From Alkalispirochaeta sp. (GTDB taxonomy: Bacteria; Spirochaetota; Spirochaetia; DSM-27196; Alkalispirochaetaceae): DNA of 64,000 nt. The stretch covers positions 32,001 to 96,000 of the forward strand of contig CBDESZ010000016.1 of the NCBI GenBank assembly GCA_965242725.1, given 5' to 3'. Numbering within the stretch: position 1 is the stretch's first letter; the number at the start of each line of letters is the position of its first letter. The notes under the pieces were generated by a model. The model saw only the letters and a list, made by a program, of their open reading frames with translations. It did not search any database and was not told where the DNA came from. The position numbers were made by a program, and so were the translations under genes. Positions 20,164 through 31,453 of the stretch are shown here, in pieces.

Positions 20164-20518
20164 CTCCTGGGAACGTATTTACTCCGCCCGAGGCGGGAGT
20201 AGTCTCACGTATCCGGATCGAGTAACACAGGCGAGTGCAATGATCTTTCCTAGTATCGGTTCAGGAGGTTATAAATAAGAGTTATTTTTCCGTATTCTGT
20301 TGAAAATATTTCTAACTCGAATTCTGTATTTCGAACGTTCCAGACACACGATATGTTCGTTATATACACGCGATTCGTACATTCCATACGGCGCGTTTGT
20401 ACGTCACGTCCAAACAAAGAGTTCGTGACATTCAAACTGTGTGTTCGGGAGTTCCGGATATCGGGGAAGAAACCTTCTTTCATTGAAGGTCGTATCCTGC
20501 GTCGCTATATTCCATGTA

Positions 20519-22399
20519 ATGGCACGCTTCGGTCGTCACCGTATTACGATACTCGTCCTTGTCGCGCTCCTGTCCGGGATTGCCGGGTTCCGGTACTTCG
20601 GTACCCGGGAGGACGTTGCATTTCCCGATCTCCAGGGTCCCGACGGGGCAGCGGAGGTAGCGGTTTCACCTCCCCCGACGGATCCGGCTGCCTATCGGCT
20701 GCACGGCAGCGCTTCTCATGCCGCGGCGATACTGTTAACCGATACATCGTCGTCGTGGCTGGGCCTCGCACACGGTCTGAAGACGATGGGGGTACCTTTT
20801 ACGATTGTCACCGATATCGACGAGGCGCTGGAACACGACGTCGTGATCGTCTATCCCGCGCTGACCGGAAGCAGCCTGCCGCCGCACGCCCTGCAGGCGC
20901 TGGCCGCACACGTCAGATCCGGTGGAACCCTCGTTGGTTTTTCCGTGATCGGAGGGGGGATGCCGCCGGTCTTCGGATTCGACAGAGCAAACGAGGATGC
21001 GCGGCGCCGTGAAATGGTATTCACCGACTCGCCCTGGGTGCGGCGTTTTGCCGCCGACGCATTGGAGCGGCGCGTTCCCCTCGCGCCGCCCTCCGGTGAC
21101 GGGAGTCCGGTGCTGATCTTTGCCGGAGAGAAGCTGGAACCTGTCGCGCGGTACCGCGACGGCGGGGCGGCGATCGTTATGAATCGTTTTGACGCCGACG
21201 GCCGGACCGGTCGGGCCTACGCGGTCGGATTCGACATCGGTCACTACGTCCTGCGCGCCACAAACGGTCGCTTCGCGGAGATGGTTTCGAGTTACACAAA
21301 TACATACCAGCCCCAGGTCGACACGCTCCTCAGATTTCTTAAAACCGTCTATCGTGAGGGAGAACCGGACGCGGTGACGCTGGGTTTCACGCCCCATGGC
21401 AGGGATGTGACGATCGTGATGACCCACGATATCGACTTTACCCGTTCAATGGACAACGTGCGCACCTACGCCGATTATGAGTCGGGTGCAGACATTCCCG
21501 CGACCTATTTTATTCAGACGAAATACATGACCGACTACAACGATCGGGCGTTTTTCGGTCCGTCCCGGCAGGAGGATCTCCGCTATCTGGAGGCGCGCGG
21601 TATGGAGATCGCCAGTCACGGCGTCTCTCATTCAAACGAATTTCGTTCGATGCCCCTCGGTACCGGCCTTGAGCGGTACCCGGACTACGAGCCCTTCGTA
21701 GAATCCTTTACCGAGGTACGGGACGGCTCCGTACTGGGAGAGCTTCGGGTCAGCAAATTTCTCCTTGAGTCATTGTCTGCGTCGAACGTGTCGTCGTTCC
21801 GGCCGGGGCACCTGTCGCACCCCGACTTCCTCCCCGAGGCGCTCGATGCGGTCGGGTATCGTAACAGCTCCAGCATGACCGCCAATGAAGCGATGACGCA
21901 CTTCCCCTATCAGTTGACCCACAGTCGCGGGTACGCCACGGAAGTCGACGTCTTCGAGTTCCCCATAACGATAGAAGACGAGTACGGAAGCCTGACCGAC
22001 AGAATTGACGCGTCGATCGCCCTGGCCGATCGGATCGCTTCCCGCGGCGGCCTCGTCAACGTGCTGATCCACACCGACGTGGCGGGTGAGAAGCTTGCAT
22101 TTGAAAAGCGCTTCGTGGAGGCCTTTCGCGATCGGGCGTGGTTCTCGACCCTCGGAGACTTCGGCGAGTGGTGGCGCGCCCGGGATGAAGTGACCCTGGA
22201 GGTCGTTCGTGAGTCCGACGATCGCCGTCTCCTGATCCTCGAGGCTCCCTTTGAACTGGAAGGGCTGACCCTTCAGGTGCCGGAGCGCTGGCAGCTCGTC
22301 CATTCACCCGTTGCGGCGCGACAGGAAGGAACCGCCGTCGTCGTGGAGGCACTTTCCGGCGTCACACGCCTCCCGTTTCACGTGCGATCTGTCCCCTGA
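20519..22399 (+). CDS. polysaccharide deacetylase family exported protein
   Basis: MTHDID, ATYF, EIASHGVSH and FRPG NodB-type motifs; N-terminal TM. Confidence 0.75.
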   Translation: MARFGRHRITILVLVALLSGIAGFRYFGTREDVAFPDLQGPDGAAEVAVSPPPTDPAAYRLHGSASHAAAILLTDTSSSWLGLAHGLKTMGVPFTIVTDIDEALEHDVVIVYPALTGSSLPPHALQALAAHVRSGGTLVGFSVIGGGMPPVFGFDRANEDARRREMVFTDSPWVRRFAADALERRVPLAPPSGDGSPVLIFAGEKLEPVARYRDGGAAIVMNRFDADGRTGRAYAVGFDIGHYVLRATNGRFAEMVSSYTNTYQPQVDTLLRFLKTVYREGEPDAVTLGFTPHGRDVTIVMTHDIDFTRSMDNVRTYADYESGADIPATYFIQTKYMTDYNDRAFFGPSRQEDLRYLEARGMEIASHGVSHSNEFRSMPLGTGLERYPDYEPFVESFTEVRDGSVLGELRVSKFLLESLSASNVSSFRPGHLSHPDFLPEALDAVGYRNSSSMTANEAMTHFPYQLTHSRGYATEVDVFEFPITIEDEYGSLTDRIDASIALADRIASRGGLVNVLIHTDVAGEKLAFEKRFVEAFRDRAWFSTLGDFGEWWRARDEVTLEVVRESDDRRLLILEAPFELEGLTLQVPERWQLVHSPVAARQEGTAVVVEALSGVTRLPFHVRSVP

Positions 22400-22471
22400 A
22401 CGGCGTGCCGGGCGGTGCGACCGTTTCGCGGGTCGTTTTACTCAACCGATACCGATGCGTATCTTGACCAC

Positions 22472-22915
22472 ATGAAACACGTACCAATCTGTGTTGTTTC
22501 ACTCTTTTTCATGGTCGCCTCGGTCGCCGTCGGGCAGGACAATACGGCTTCCCCCGGGAGCGACGCCGCCGATCCCCGCGCCGCGTTACCGGCTACATGT
22601 ACCTCGGATCTCGATTTTGCCCAGGTTCGGGACGTCCGTGCGTCGCGGGAAGGCGACACGTGGAGCTTTTCCGTTACGGTAGAACACAATGATGAGGGAT
22701 GGGACCATTACGCCGACGCGTGGGTCGTCGTGAACCCGGAGACGGGTGAGGTGTACGGGGAAAGGGTCCTTCTGCACCCCCATGATACCGAACAGCCCTT
22801 TACCCGACATCTCAGTGGTGTGGAGATTCCTGACGATGTCGAAACAGTGCTTGTGGCCGCGCGGTGTTCGGTTCACGGATATGGAGGATGCGGCGTTCTC
22901 GTTTCTGTGGATTAA
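22472..22915 (+). CDS. conserved secreted His/Cys-rich protein, possibly metal-binding
   Basis: Signal peptide; HNDEGWDHYADAW, LLHPHDTEQPFTR, CSVHG. Confidence 0.65.
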   Translation: MKHVPICVVSLFFMVASVAVGQDNTASPGSDAADPRAALPATCTSDLDFAQVRDVRASREGDTWSFSVTVEHNDEGWDHYADAWVVVNPETGEVYGERVLLHPHDTEQPFTRHLSGVEIPDDVETVLVAARCSVHGYGGCGVLVSVD

Positions 22916-22988
22916 CCCGTTAGACGGAGACGCAGCCGTACCGGCAGTCCGTTTTGCAACGTATGTGGAAGATCCGGGGTTTGCGTCA

Positions 22989-23600
22989 TCACAACGCCAG
23001 GATTCCATCCTGCAAGGCAATCACCACCGCCTCGGTGCGCCCCTCGGCGCCAAGCTTGCGGAAAATCGCCGAGAGGTGATATTTGACGGTGTTTTCCGAA
23101 ATCCCCAGGGACAAGGCGATTCCGCGATTGCTCCATCCCTCGGAGAGCTTCTGCAGGACGTCCCGTTCCCGGGGCGTGAGGGTTACGCCGACGCCGTCGA
23201 TTTCATCTTCAGCGGTGGCGTCGCGGTAGCGGCTGTCCCGGTAACGGCCGCCCCGGACGGCGAGGATAATCGCCGCCTCCACCTCGCGCCACGTCCACGG
23301 CTCCGACAGAATCGCCGTCCCCTCCCGCCGGGCGAGCTCTCCGGCGCTCTCCTCCCCGGCTTCTTCTTCCCCGGCCCCACGCGCAAGGAGGGCGACAACC
23401 GGAAGTTCCGGCGGAACACGCTTCAGGATCCACCCCACCTCGTCGGCGTCGCTGTGGTGGAGGAGGAGCGCATCGATCGGGGTGGCGTCCAGCTCCAGTG
23501 AGCCCGGGTGGGCAAACTGAAAGGCAAACTCCATCTCCGGGAGGGCTGATCGTGCGTCCTCAAGAAATGACTCCGTCCGGCTCACCACCCCGACAGTCAC
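22989..23600 (-). CDS. LuxR/NarL-type HTH regulator with degenerate receiver domain
   Basis: LTPRERDVL...SNRGIA...ISENTVKYH; GTG start after GGAGAGG. Confidence 0.85.
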   Translation of the reverse strand: MTVGVVSRTESFLEDARSALPEMEFAFQFAHPGSLELDATPIDALLLHHSDADEVGWILKRVPPELPVVALLARGAGEEEAGEESAGELARREGTAILSEPWTWREVEAAIILAVRGGRYRDSRYRDATAEDEIDGVGVTLTPRERDVLQKLSEGWSNRGIALSLGISENTVKYHLSAIFRKLGAEGRTEAVVIALQDGILAL

Positions 23601-23601
23601 G

Positions 23602-24690
23602 TCAATCCGCCTCTCCGTGGTGGTGTCCGTGGAGCCCGCCATGCCCGTGCCCGTGGCCGTGATGCCCGTCCCGGCCACGGTGGTGACCGTGTCCCCGTCC
23701 TCTCCGGCCTCCACCGCAGCACCCCTCGCCGTGGCCGCCGCCGTGCCCGTGGTGCCCGCCGTGACCGTGATGGTGGTCATGCCGGCGCTCGGCAAGGGTG
23801 ACCTCCACATTCCGCGTCTCACCGCCCCGGAGGTAGTGCACATCAACCGTCCGTCCCGGGGGACCCATGAGGGCGGCAAAGAGTGACTCCGCACTCTCAA
23901 CATCGACATCACCCACACGCACAACGATATCGCCAACCCGCAAGCCCGCACGCTCCGCCGGAGAATCCGCCTCCACATCGACGAGGAGATAGCCCGACGT
24001 GCGCCCCGCCTTATCGCCGTCAAGGGACGCCGTCTTCCCGCGGGTGCCCAGGTAGGCGACGGTAATGCGGCCGTGGGTGCGCAGGGAATCGACTATTTCC
24101 GAGAGATCCTTCCAGACCATGAAGAGATTGTCGCCGCGATCGTGGCCCGGAAGAGCCAGGGCTACCGCATCGCCGGTGGGTGCAATCAGGGGCGCACCGG
24201 AAAAGCCGGGATAGGAAAGCGCGTCAGTCTGCAGATAGCTTGAAAGGAGACGGCCCGAGGGGAGACGGAATGGTTCGCCCACACACCGGACCATTTCAAG
24301 CCGGGACTCGACACTCTGGGACGACGGAAACGCTACCGATACCGCAAGGGAGCCCACCCTGGGGAGGGCATCGCCCTGCGCATCGCCTCCCCCGCCGCCG
24401 GAAGCCGTGACGGGTGTGAGGGGGAGCGACTTGTCGTGGCGAATGAGGGTCACGCCGCTCGTCTCGTCAAAACCGATCACCTCGCCTTCCGCCTCCGAGC
24501 CGTCCGGCCCGCGCAGCCGGACGGTCTCACCGATAGTTGCGTCCATCGCGACGGTGACGATCTCTTCGCCTGAAAATACGACGCCGGTACGTCCCTGCGC
24601 ACCCGGCGCCGAAACATGGACGATCGACCGCGACGCCGTCGCCACCAGCTCCGCAAGGTCCCGGGAAAGTGCCTGCAACATATCACTCAT
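23602..24690 (-). CDS. HtrA/S1C-like trypsin plus PDZ protein with His/Gly-rich tail
   Basis: LQTDA..YPGFSGAPL; PDZ SPAERAGLRVGD; RBS AGGAGG. Confidence 0.8.
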   Translation of the reverse strand: MSDMLQALSRDLAELVATASRSIVHVSAPGAQGRTGVVFSGEEIVTVAMDATIGETVRLRGPDGSEAEGEVIGFDETSGVTLIRHDKSLPLTPVTASGGGGGDAQGDALPRVGSLAVSVAFPSSQSVESRLEMVRCVGEPFRLPSGRLLSSYLQTDALSYPGFSGAPLIAPTGDAVALALPGHDRGDNLFMVWKDLSEIVDSLRTHGRITVAYLGTRGKTASLDGDKAGRTSGYLLVDVEADSPAERAGLRVGDIVVRVGDVDVESAESLFAALMGPPGRTVDVHYLRGGETRNVEVTLAERRHDHHHGHGGHHGHGGGHGEGCCGGGRRGRGHGHHRGRDGHHGHGHGHGGLHGHHHGEAD

Positions 24691-24864
24691 AGTGCCTCCT
24701 TTATGCATCTCCCACAACGTACCGCGGGTATGCATCGCAGGGTACTACCGGAATGGGTGGGGCGTACAAACTGTCCTCAGAAGGCTTTGTTCTCAACTTG
24801 ACAAGTTGACAGATTCGTCCGCCGATGACTTCAGGATTACCGAAGACGAACTCCTTCGCCTGAA

Positions 24865-25266
24865 ATGAACTATCTCCTGGACACCCATACGTTCATCTGG
24901 TCTTTCAGCCGGTCCGATTTGATTCCGAAGCGGACACGCCGGAAAATGCAGAATCCGGCGAATACCGTATTCATAAGCGCGGTCAACCTGTGGGAGCTTT
25001 CGATCAAGAGCAGATTGAAAAAGATCGACCTCGGTGGCGTGACGATGGATGAGCTCATCGGATTGGCCAAAGAAATGGAATTTGAGCTGATCAGTCTGTC
25101 ACCCGAGGAAGCCGCCACCTATTGCCGGCTCGAAGAAGACAGTCATTTTGACCCCTTTGACAGAATGCTTATCCGGCAGGCGATACGGCGAAACCTCGTG
25201 TTGATCAGCAGAGATACCGAGTTTGAGAAGTTTGTTCCCCATGGATTGAGACTGTTGTGGGAGTAA
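24865..25266 (+). CDS. vapC: PIN-domain VapC toxin
   Basis: YLLDTHTFIW, SAVNLWE, HFDPFDRML. Confidence 0.9.
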   Translation: MNYLLDTHTFIWSFSRSDLIPKRTRRKMQNPANTVFISAVNLWELSIKSRLKKIDLGGVTMDELIGLAKEMEFELISLSPEEAATYCRLEEDSHFDPFDRMLIRQAIRRNLVLISRDTEFEKFVPHGLRLLWE

Positions 25267-25284
25267 CCACGCAACACACCTGAT

Positions 25285-25821
25285 TTATTCGATACGCAAT
25301 CCCGCCAGCTTGATTTCTTCTCTGCAATCCCGGGCAAGAATGCGGGCCAGCTCTCTGCGGCCCCGTCGGACCCGGGACTTTGCCCCGGAAACGGTGATAC
25401 GGAGGGTCCTGGCGATATCGACGAATCTGCGATTGTCCAGGTGGCATTGGACCAAGGCGTCACGGTATTCCGGTTTGAGTGCGGCGATGTATGTGGGAAG
25501 CCACCCGGCAAGGGAACGCCGTTCTTCCAGAACCTCGTCGGGTTCCTCAACAGGAACGTCGTATTCCAGGGGAATGTCCCGCCCCTGTCGTCCCTGTTTT
25601 CTTATATGGTCGGTAATCGCATTTCTGGCGACGGCGTAGAGCCAGGAATCGCGCCGCTCCGGAAGTTTTCGGCGTTGTGTGGCGGTACAGATCTTTGCAA
25701 ATATCTCCTGCACGCATTCTTCCGCGTCGTCGTGATTGCCGATTTGCCGCATCGCCATGCGACGGAAGACGACGGCACATTCATTCCAGATCGTTTCGAT
25801 ATCCCATTCCTGATATGCCAT
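25285..25821 (-). CDS. ECF sigma factor (SigZ-like)
   Basis: DAEECVQE, SWLYAVARN, AKSRVRRGR. Confidence 0.85.
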   Translation of the reverse strand: MAYQEWDIETIWNECAVVFRRMAMRQIGNHDDAEECVQEIFAKICTATQRRKLPERRDSWLYAVARNAITDHIRKQGRQGRDIPLEYDVPVEEPDEVLEERRSLAGWLPTYIAALKPEYRDALVQCHLDNRRFVDIARTLRITVSGAKSRVRRGRRELARILARDCREEIKLAGLRIE

Positions 25822-25930
25822 AGTCTTCGTTTAATATAGCCGTAGACCGCCCGTTCCGTAAAATCGAATAATGCCGCCTGTTTTGCGTCCTTTTGAGAGT
25901 CTTCTCGTCCTGTAGGGCAGGGAGGACAAC

Positions 25931-26572
25931 ATGTTACGACTTTTTACGGCGATTCTTCTTGGAATGAGCAGCAGCGTCACCTGTCCGAGCAACACATTGC
26001 TGATACATCACGGAGGCCGGTCTGCTCTTGTGGTTACCCTTGCGGTTGCCCTTTGCGCGGTCCTCGGAGATACGGCAGTGCTGCTGCTCCTGCTCCGGGT
26101 CGTTCCGGAATCGCTCCGTGCGACCGTTACGGGCCAGTACTGGTTCTGGATGGTCGGTGCGCTGATTATGGGGTATATCGCCGTCGGGCAGCTGCGCAGC
26201 GGGCGCTCGGATTCTCATGAGAGTGCGGTGGCCGGGACGACCGCCTCCAGGAAACGCGCGTCATCGGGGCGTCCCTTGCGGTCGGCGTTTTCCGGCTTTT
26301 CCGTCACCGCCTTCAATCCCTTCACCTGGGTATGGTGGATCGGGCTGTTTGGACCGGGGATCGCCACGGACGGCACGATCCGGTATGAATTCTTCGGCGG
26401 GATTCTTATCGGGGCGACCCTGTGGTTTACTTTGCTGGCGACTGTCGTTCACATGGTGCGCGGACACATGACCCAGCGGGCCGACACGGCGATACATATC
26501 GTAAGCTTCGGTATCCTCGGTACCTATGCGATATGGTTGGTGGTGGAGGGGCTAAGCCGACTGATAGTCTAA
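25931..26572 (+). CDS. LysE/RhtB family exporter
   Basis: Multiple TMs; GFSVTAFNPF.WVWW. Confidence 0.7.
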   Translation: MLRLFTAILLGMSSSVTCPSNTLLIHHGGRSALVVTLAVALCAVLGDTAVLLLLLRVVPESLRATVTGQYWFWMVGALIMGYIAVGQLRSGRSDSHESAVAGTTASRKRASSGRPLRSAFSGFSVTAFNPFTWVWWIGLFGPGIATDGTIRYEFFGGILIGATLWFTLLATVVHMVRGHMTQRADTAIHIVSFGILGTYAIWLVVEGLSRLIV

Positions 26573-26629
26573 GGGTTCGTAATTGACCAGGGATTGATCA
26601 CCTCGGACTCAGTCGATGTAATACTCACC

Positions 26630-27016
26630 ATGAATCGTTCGATCACGTATAAACAGATATTTGCTCCTGCAATCGGCATGGCCCTCGCCGGCATGGTTGC
26701 CCTCATCTGGCTCAGTCTCGGCGTCGGGATTATCGGTGCCGACGGAGACCCCGCCAACCGCATGTACCTTGGAGTTGTACTTGTCACTGCCGTTGGATCG
26801 GGGATCGCACGATTCCGGCCGGTGGGCATGGCGCGAACGATGATAGCCGCGGCAATTGTCCAGGCGGTTATCACTGCCGTCGCATTGTTCGGTCGCCTCG
26901 GTCTGCCATACAGCGGACCGGCGGAAATCCTCGGACTGAACGCTCTTTTCATAGCGTGGTTTGTCGCATCGGCCCGTATCTTCTACCGCGCGGCGAAGGG
27001 TAGAATGACACCATGA
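26630..27016 (+). CDS. small membrane protein
   Basis: Four hydrophobic segments; GIIGADGDPANRMY. Confidence 0.6.
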   Translation: MNRSITYKQIFAPAIGMALAGMVALIWLSLGVGIIGADGDPANRMYLGVVLVTAVGSGIARFRPVGMARTMIAAAIVQAVITAVALFGRLGLPYSGPAEILGLNALFIAWFVASARIFYRAAKGRMTP

Positions 27017-27327
27017 CTTCACCACAGATGACAATTGATCTGCTTTACTTTAATGGATGCCCCTCATACCGACAGGCGTGGGATGACATACTCGACGTCC
27101 TCGTCGAGGAAAAGATCGATGCTACGGTGCGGCTCGTTGCCGTGGAAGATATGGACCGTGCCAGGGAACTTCAGTTCGCCGGTTCACCGACGATTAAAGT
27201 CAACGGTCGGGACCTGGAGGACTACCGGGGAGAGGGCGTCCTGGCGTGCCGGATCTACAATGAAAACGAAGGAAAGGGGTGGCCCAGCAAAGAGCTGCTG
27301 CGGGGGCGCGTGAAGAGCGCTTTGTAG
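27013..27327 (+). CDS. thioredoxin-like protein
   Basis: YFNGCPS, FAGSPTIKVNGRD, ACRIY. Confidence 0.7.
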   Translation: MTSPQMTIDLLYFNGCPSYRQAWDDILDVLVEEKIDATVRLVAVEDMDRARELQFAGSPTIKVNGRDLEDYRGEGVLACRIYNENEGKGWPSKELLRGRVKSAL

Positions 27328-27380
27328 GAGCCGCCGACTAATCGCCGGATCGCGGCGTTGTTCCGGCAAAACCGGGCGTA

Positions 27381-28640
27381 TTAAATCGTCCCGTAGGTAA
27401 GGCGTCGCCAGAGCCATTCCAGCGGTCCGTAATTGTGGCGGCGGAGCCACCACCGGCTCACCGGTATCTGCAACGCATACAACCCAATGGCAAGGAAGAA
27501 ACCGGTAACCAGGCTGGTTGTGCCGAACATGCCGAATCCATAGCCGTAGGCCAGGGTACTCATCACGATTGAATGGGTTATGTAATTGGTGAGAGCCATC
27601 CTGCCCACCGGCGCCAGGGGCATCAGAAGACGTGCGCCCCGTGCAGTCCTGCTTAAGAGCACGATGCCGGCAATGTAGGAGAGGGAGAGCAGCACGCTGC
27701 CGATTCCAAGGGCGATGACCTGGGCGAGCTGCAGGAGGGTGAACACCTCGATACCCAGCTTGTTCTGTTCAAATCCCGTGGCGCCGACAAAGAGATTGAG
27801 TAACAGCCCCACCGGAAGCGCCCACGAAAGGAGCCGCCGAAAGAGGGCGGTATTGGATTCGATATTTGAGAACCAGCCCTTCTTACCGGCGCGCAGTCCC
27901 AGCAGAAACATACCCAGCACGCTGGGCGCCATAAAGAGCGTCGTAGAGGTAGTCAGCCCGAAAAACTCAAAGAAGCGGAACCGCGTAACCTCCCACCACG
28001 AACCGCCGCCGTACACGGCGGCCGCCGCGGCACCTTCCGCCCGGACCTCTTCCTGTACCTCATGAAATGCCGCCTCCACCTGTGCGTAGGCACCCGTCTC
28101 GGGAGGAGCCGCACGGGCGAGTTCGATCATACCCGCCGATAGGGCGATAAAGAGCATGGGAAGGATGAGAAATATCAGCGCCCAGATGAGAAGCGTCTTC
28201 GGCGAGCGCTTCCGGAAGAGCATCACCGTGAGAAATCCGATCACGGCATAGAGGAACAGTATGTCCCCGGTCCAGAGCAGGGCCCCGTGGGCGACGCCGA
28301 AGAGGGCGAGCACCAGGAGGCGCCGCACATAGGTGGGGAGAAAGGGGACGCCCCTCGACTGTGCCCGGGAGAATTGTATCGCCATTCCCAAGCCGAAGAG
28401 AAATGAAAAGAGGGTGTAAAACTTGGAGACGAAGAAGGTATTGGTGATGAACATCACCACCCGCTCTCCCGTGGTGGATTCGGCGGTTATCAGCGGCGTG
28501 GTCCAGTGGTTGAAAAAGTACAACACATTTACGACCAGGATTCCCAGGATGGCGAATCCCCGGAGGACGTCGATTACCTGTATCCGTTCCTGAGACGCGA
28601 CGGGGCGGATCGCGACGGGGCCGATATCGTGGGAATCCAT
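27381..28640 (-). CDS. DUF418/YeiB membrane protein
   Basis: DVLRGFAILGI, FSFLFG, GRMALTNY, GPLEWLWR. Confidence 0.88.
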   Translation of the reverse strand: MDSHDIGPVAIRPVASQERIQVIDVLRGFAILGILVVNVLYFFNHWTTPLITAESTTGERVVMFITNTFFVSKFYTLFSFLFGLGMAIQFSRAQSRGVPFLPTYVRRLLVLALFGVAHGALLWTGDILFLYAVIGFLTVMLFRKRSPKTLLIWALIFLILPMLFIALSAGMIELARAAPPETGAYAQVEAAFHEVQEEVRAEGAAAAAVYGGGSWWEVTRFRFFEFFGLTTSTTLFMAPSVLGMFLLGLRAGKKGWFSNIESNTALFRRLLSWALPVGLLLNLFVGATGFEQNKLGIEVFTLLQLAQVIALGIGSVLLSLSYIAGIVLLSRTARGARLLMPLAPVGRMALTNYITHSIVMSTLAYGYGFGMFGTTSLVTGFFLAIGLYALQIPVSRWWLRRHNYGPLEWLWRRLTYGTI

Positions 28641-28667
28641 ACAAGCCTCCTTCCTGTTATCTCCCGA

Positions 28668-29837
<1,170 letters not shown>

Positions 29838-30032
29838 CTATTTCTTCTGTTGGAGTTTCATGATCGCATCGAAAATGGTATCGACGGTTTCGCCCTCAAA
29901 GAGCTTCTCTCGTTCCTTGGTGTAGTCCCCACTGCCGGGATTCTGGTCCTGAAGGAACGTAATGAATCCGTCAGGGCCAAGTTCGCGAAACAGAAGTTCG
30001 AGACCGGCTTTCCGTATCTGTGCGGGGCTCAA
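29838..30032 (-). CDS. putative antitoxin of the adjacent PIN gene; start uncertain
   Basis: GLELLFRELG...GSGDYTKER, downstream of the PIN gene. Confidence 0.6.
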   Translation of the reverse strand: MSPAQIRKAGLELLFRELGPDGFITFLQDQNPGSGDYTKEREKLFEGETVDTIFDAIMKLQQKK

Positions 30033-30037
30033 GTTAT

Positions 30038-30489
30038 CTACATCGATAATTCGTCTCTCTCCTCAATCCAATTCATGGGGTTTCGGACTCTCACCCGAAC
30101 CAGGTCACTGTTGGCCGCGCCCTGCTTAATCAGCTTATCGTCCACGGTGAAAAGAACCTCCGCGCCCGCTCGTTCAGCCAAAACGACGTGAGCCGCACCA
30201 TCGGCCCGAACCCTCGTTCGGCAAGCTTCCGTGCCCGAATGCGGTCCTCTTCGGTCACCGTAAGCATCGTACTCATCATACCCATAAGGTACGCAATTTG
30301 TTGACGAGTATCGAAGTTTGGATTCCGTCCCACTTCGAAGGTGAGAACCGTGCTGCCGACCCATTCTAAGTCTCCATTCTTGACCCGTCGAAGGAGAAAG
30401 CGTACCGCCTCGGATTCCAGCCGAACCCGCTCCTGAGCCTGGTCGTCAAAGGGGTGAGATAGGCAGCAAACATCGAAGTAGACTTTCAC
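30038..30489 (-). pseudogene. frameshifted PIN-domain toxin
   Basis: VYFDVCCLSHPFDD; adding 1 nt near 30198 gives GPMDAAHVVLAE...TVDDKL. Confidence 0.8.
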
Positions 30490-30699
30490 GATTCTCGTCC
30501 CCGGTGCTTCATAGGTACAATCATTATATCGTGCATCGGCCTTTGGTTCGATTCCTCATGCCGTTCACGCGACATACAGCTCATTCTCCATCGGATGGTA
30601 CACCCGTTGAAGCTTCTTTCGTGAGTCAGTCATCCGTTTGGTGTAGCCGGCGGGATGATGCGATACCGCTTCCGGCTCTTGCCGCCGACAACTCCAACG

Positions 30700-31175
30700 A
30701 AACCACAAAGTTCACCGGGTCGTTCCCTACGTAGACATACCAGTTATCCCCGTCTCTAATGGGATCCACCGTCGTAAATCGCCCCACCGCGGGCGTCGTG
30801 ATCCGCCGTCGTGCCAGGGAAGCCACGGGTGATCGAGGCCGGGGTTGAACTCCGTGTCCCGGTACTCCGCCACGGGATTCATGGTGAGTCCGTCGTAGAG
30901 ATACTCCGTCACACTTTCGTTGTCCCAGCTCCGTTGCCATCGACTGCCGAAGCTCACCGTCTGGTACTCCGCCCGGCTCACCCGTCTGCCCAGAGCGTCG
31001 TACTCGTAGCGTATTCCCGACTCCAGTTCCCACTCGTGCCGTCCCCAGTGGTAACGGCCGACCAGACCTTCCACCTCGGTGTTTACATCCACCACGCGGT
31101 TCTCCGGGCTGTAGGCGTAGACCACTTGGAGGTTTCCCAGCGCTTCGCCGGTGAGGTTGCCGTTCTCATCGTAGG
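30700..31175 (-). pseudogene. RHS core remnant (internally deleted copy of about 39000-39840)
   Basis: Near-identical DNA to the main RHS gene; YVGNDPVNFV. Confidence 0.85.
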
Positions 31176-31453
31176 TTTCGAAGGAATCTGGACGCCCCCG
31201 CCGATTCCTGTATCCGATGCCGGGACGACGGACATAACTGAGCCGGTACCGCTCGTCATCCTATCACCCGGCATTGGTTTTGCGATTCAGTGTGGCGTCT
31301 CCCGATTCCCACCGTGGGCCGGCGGGCCGGGCTCTGCGGGGGTTCCGTCTGCCGACTTCATCGGCAGACCGGCTTCGCCGCCCCTCCGATCCCTGGCGCT
31401 GCTGACGCATCAAGATCGGTCCATTCTGTTTGATTATTCGAGTCTTCAATTTC

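Noticed and set aside
20330..20465. Degenerate ~22-bp TTCG repeats upstream of the HU/DUF4469 gene
   Set aside because: Too irregular to call without a statistical test.
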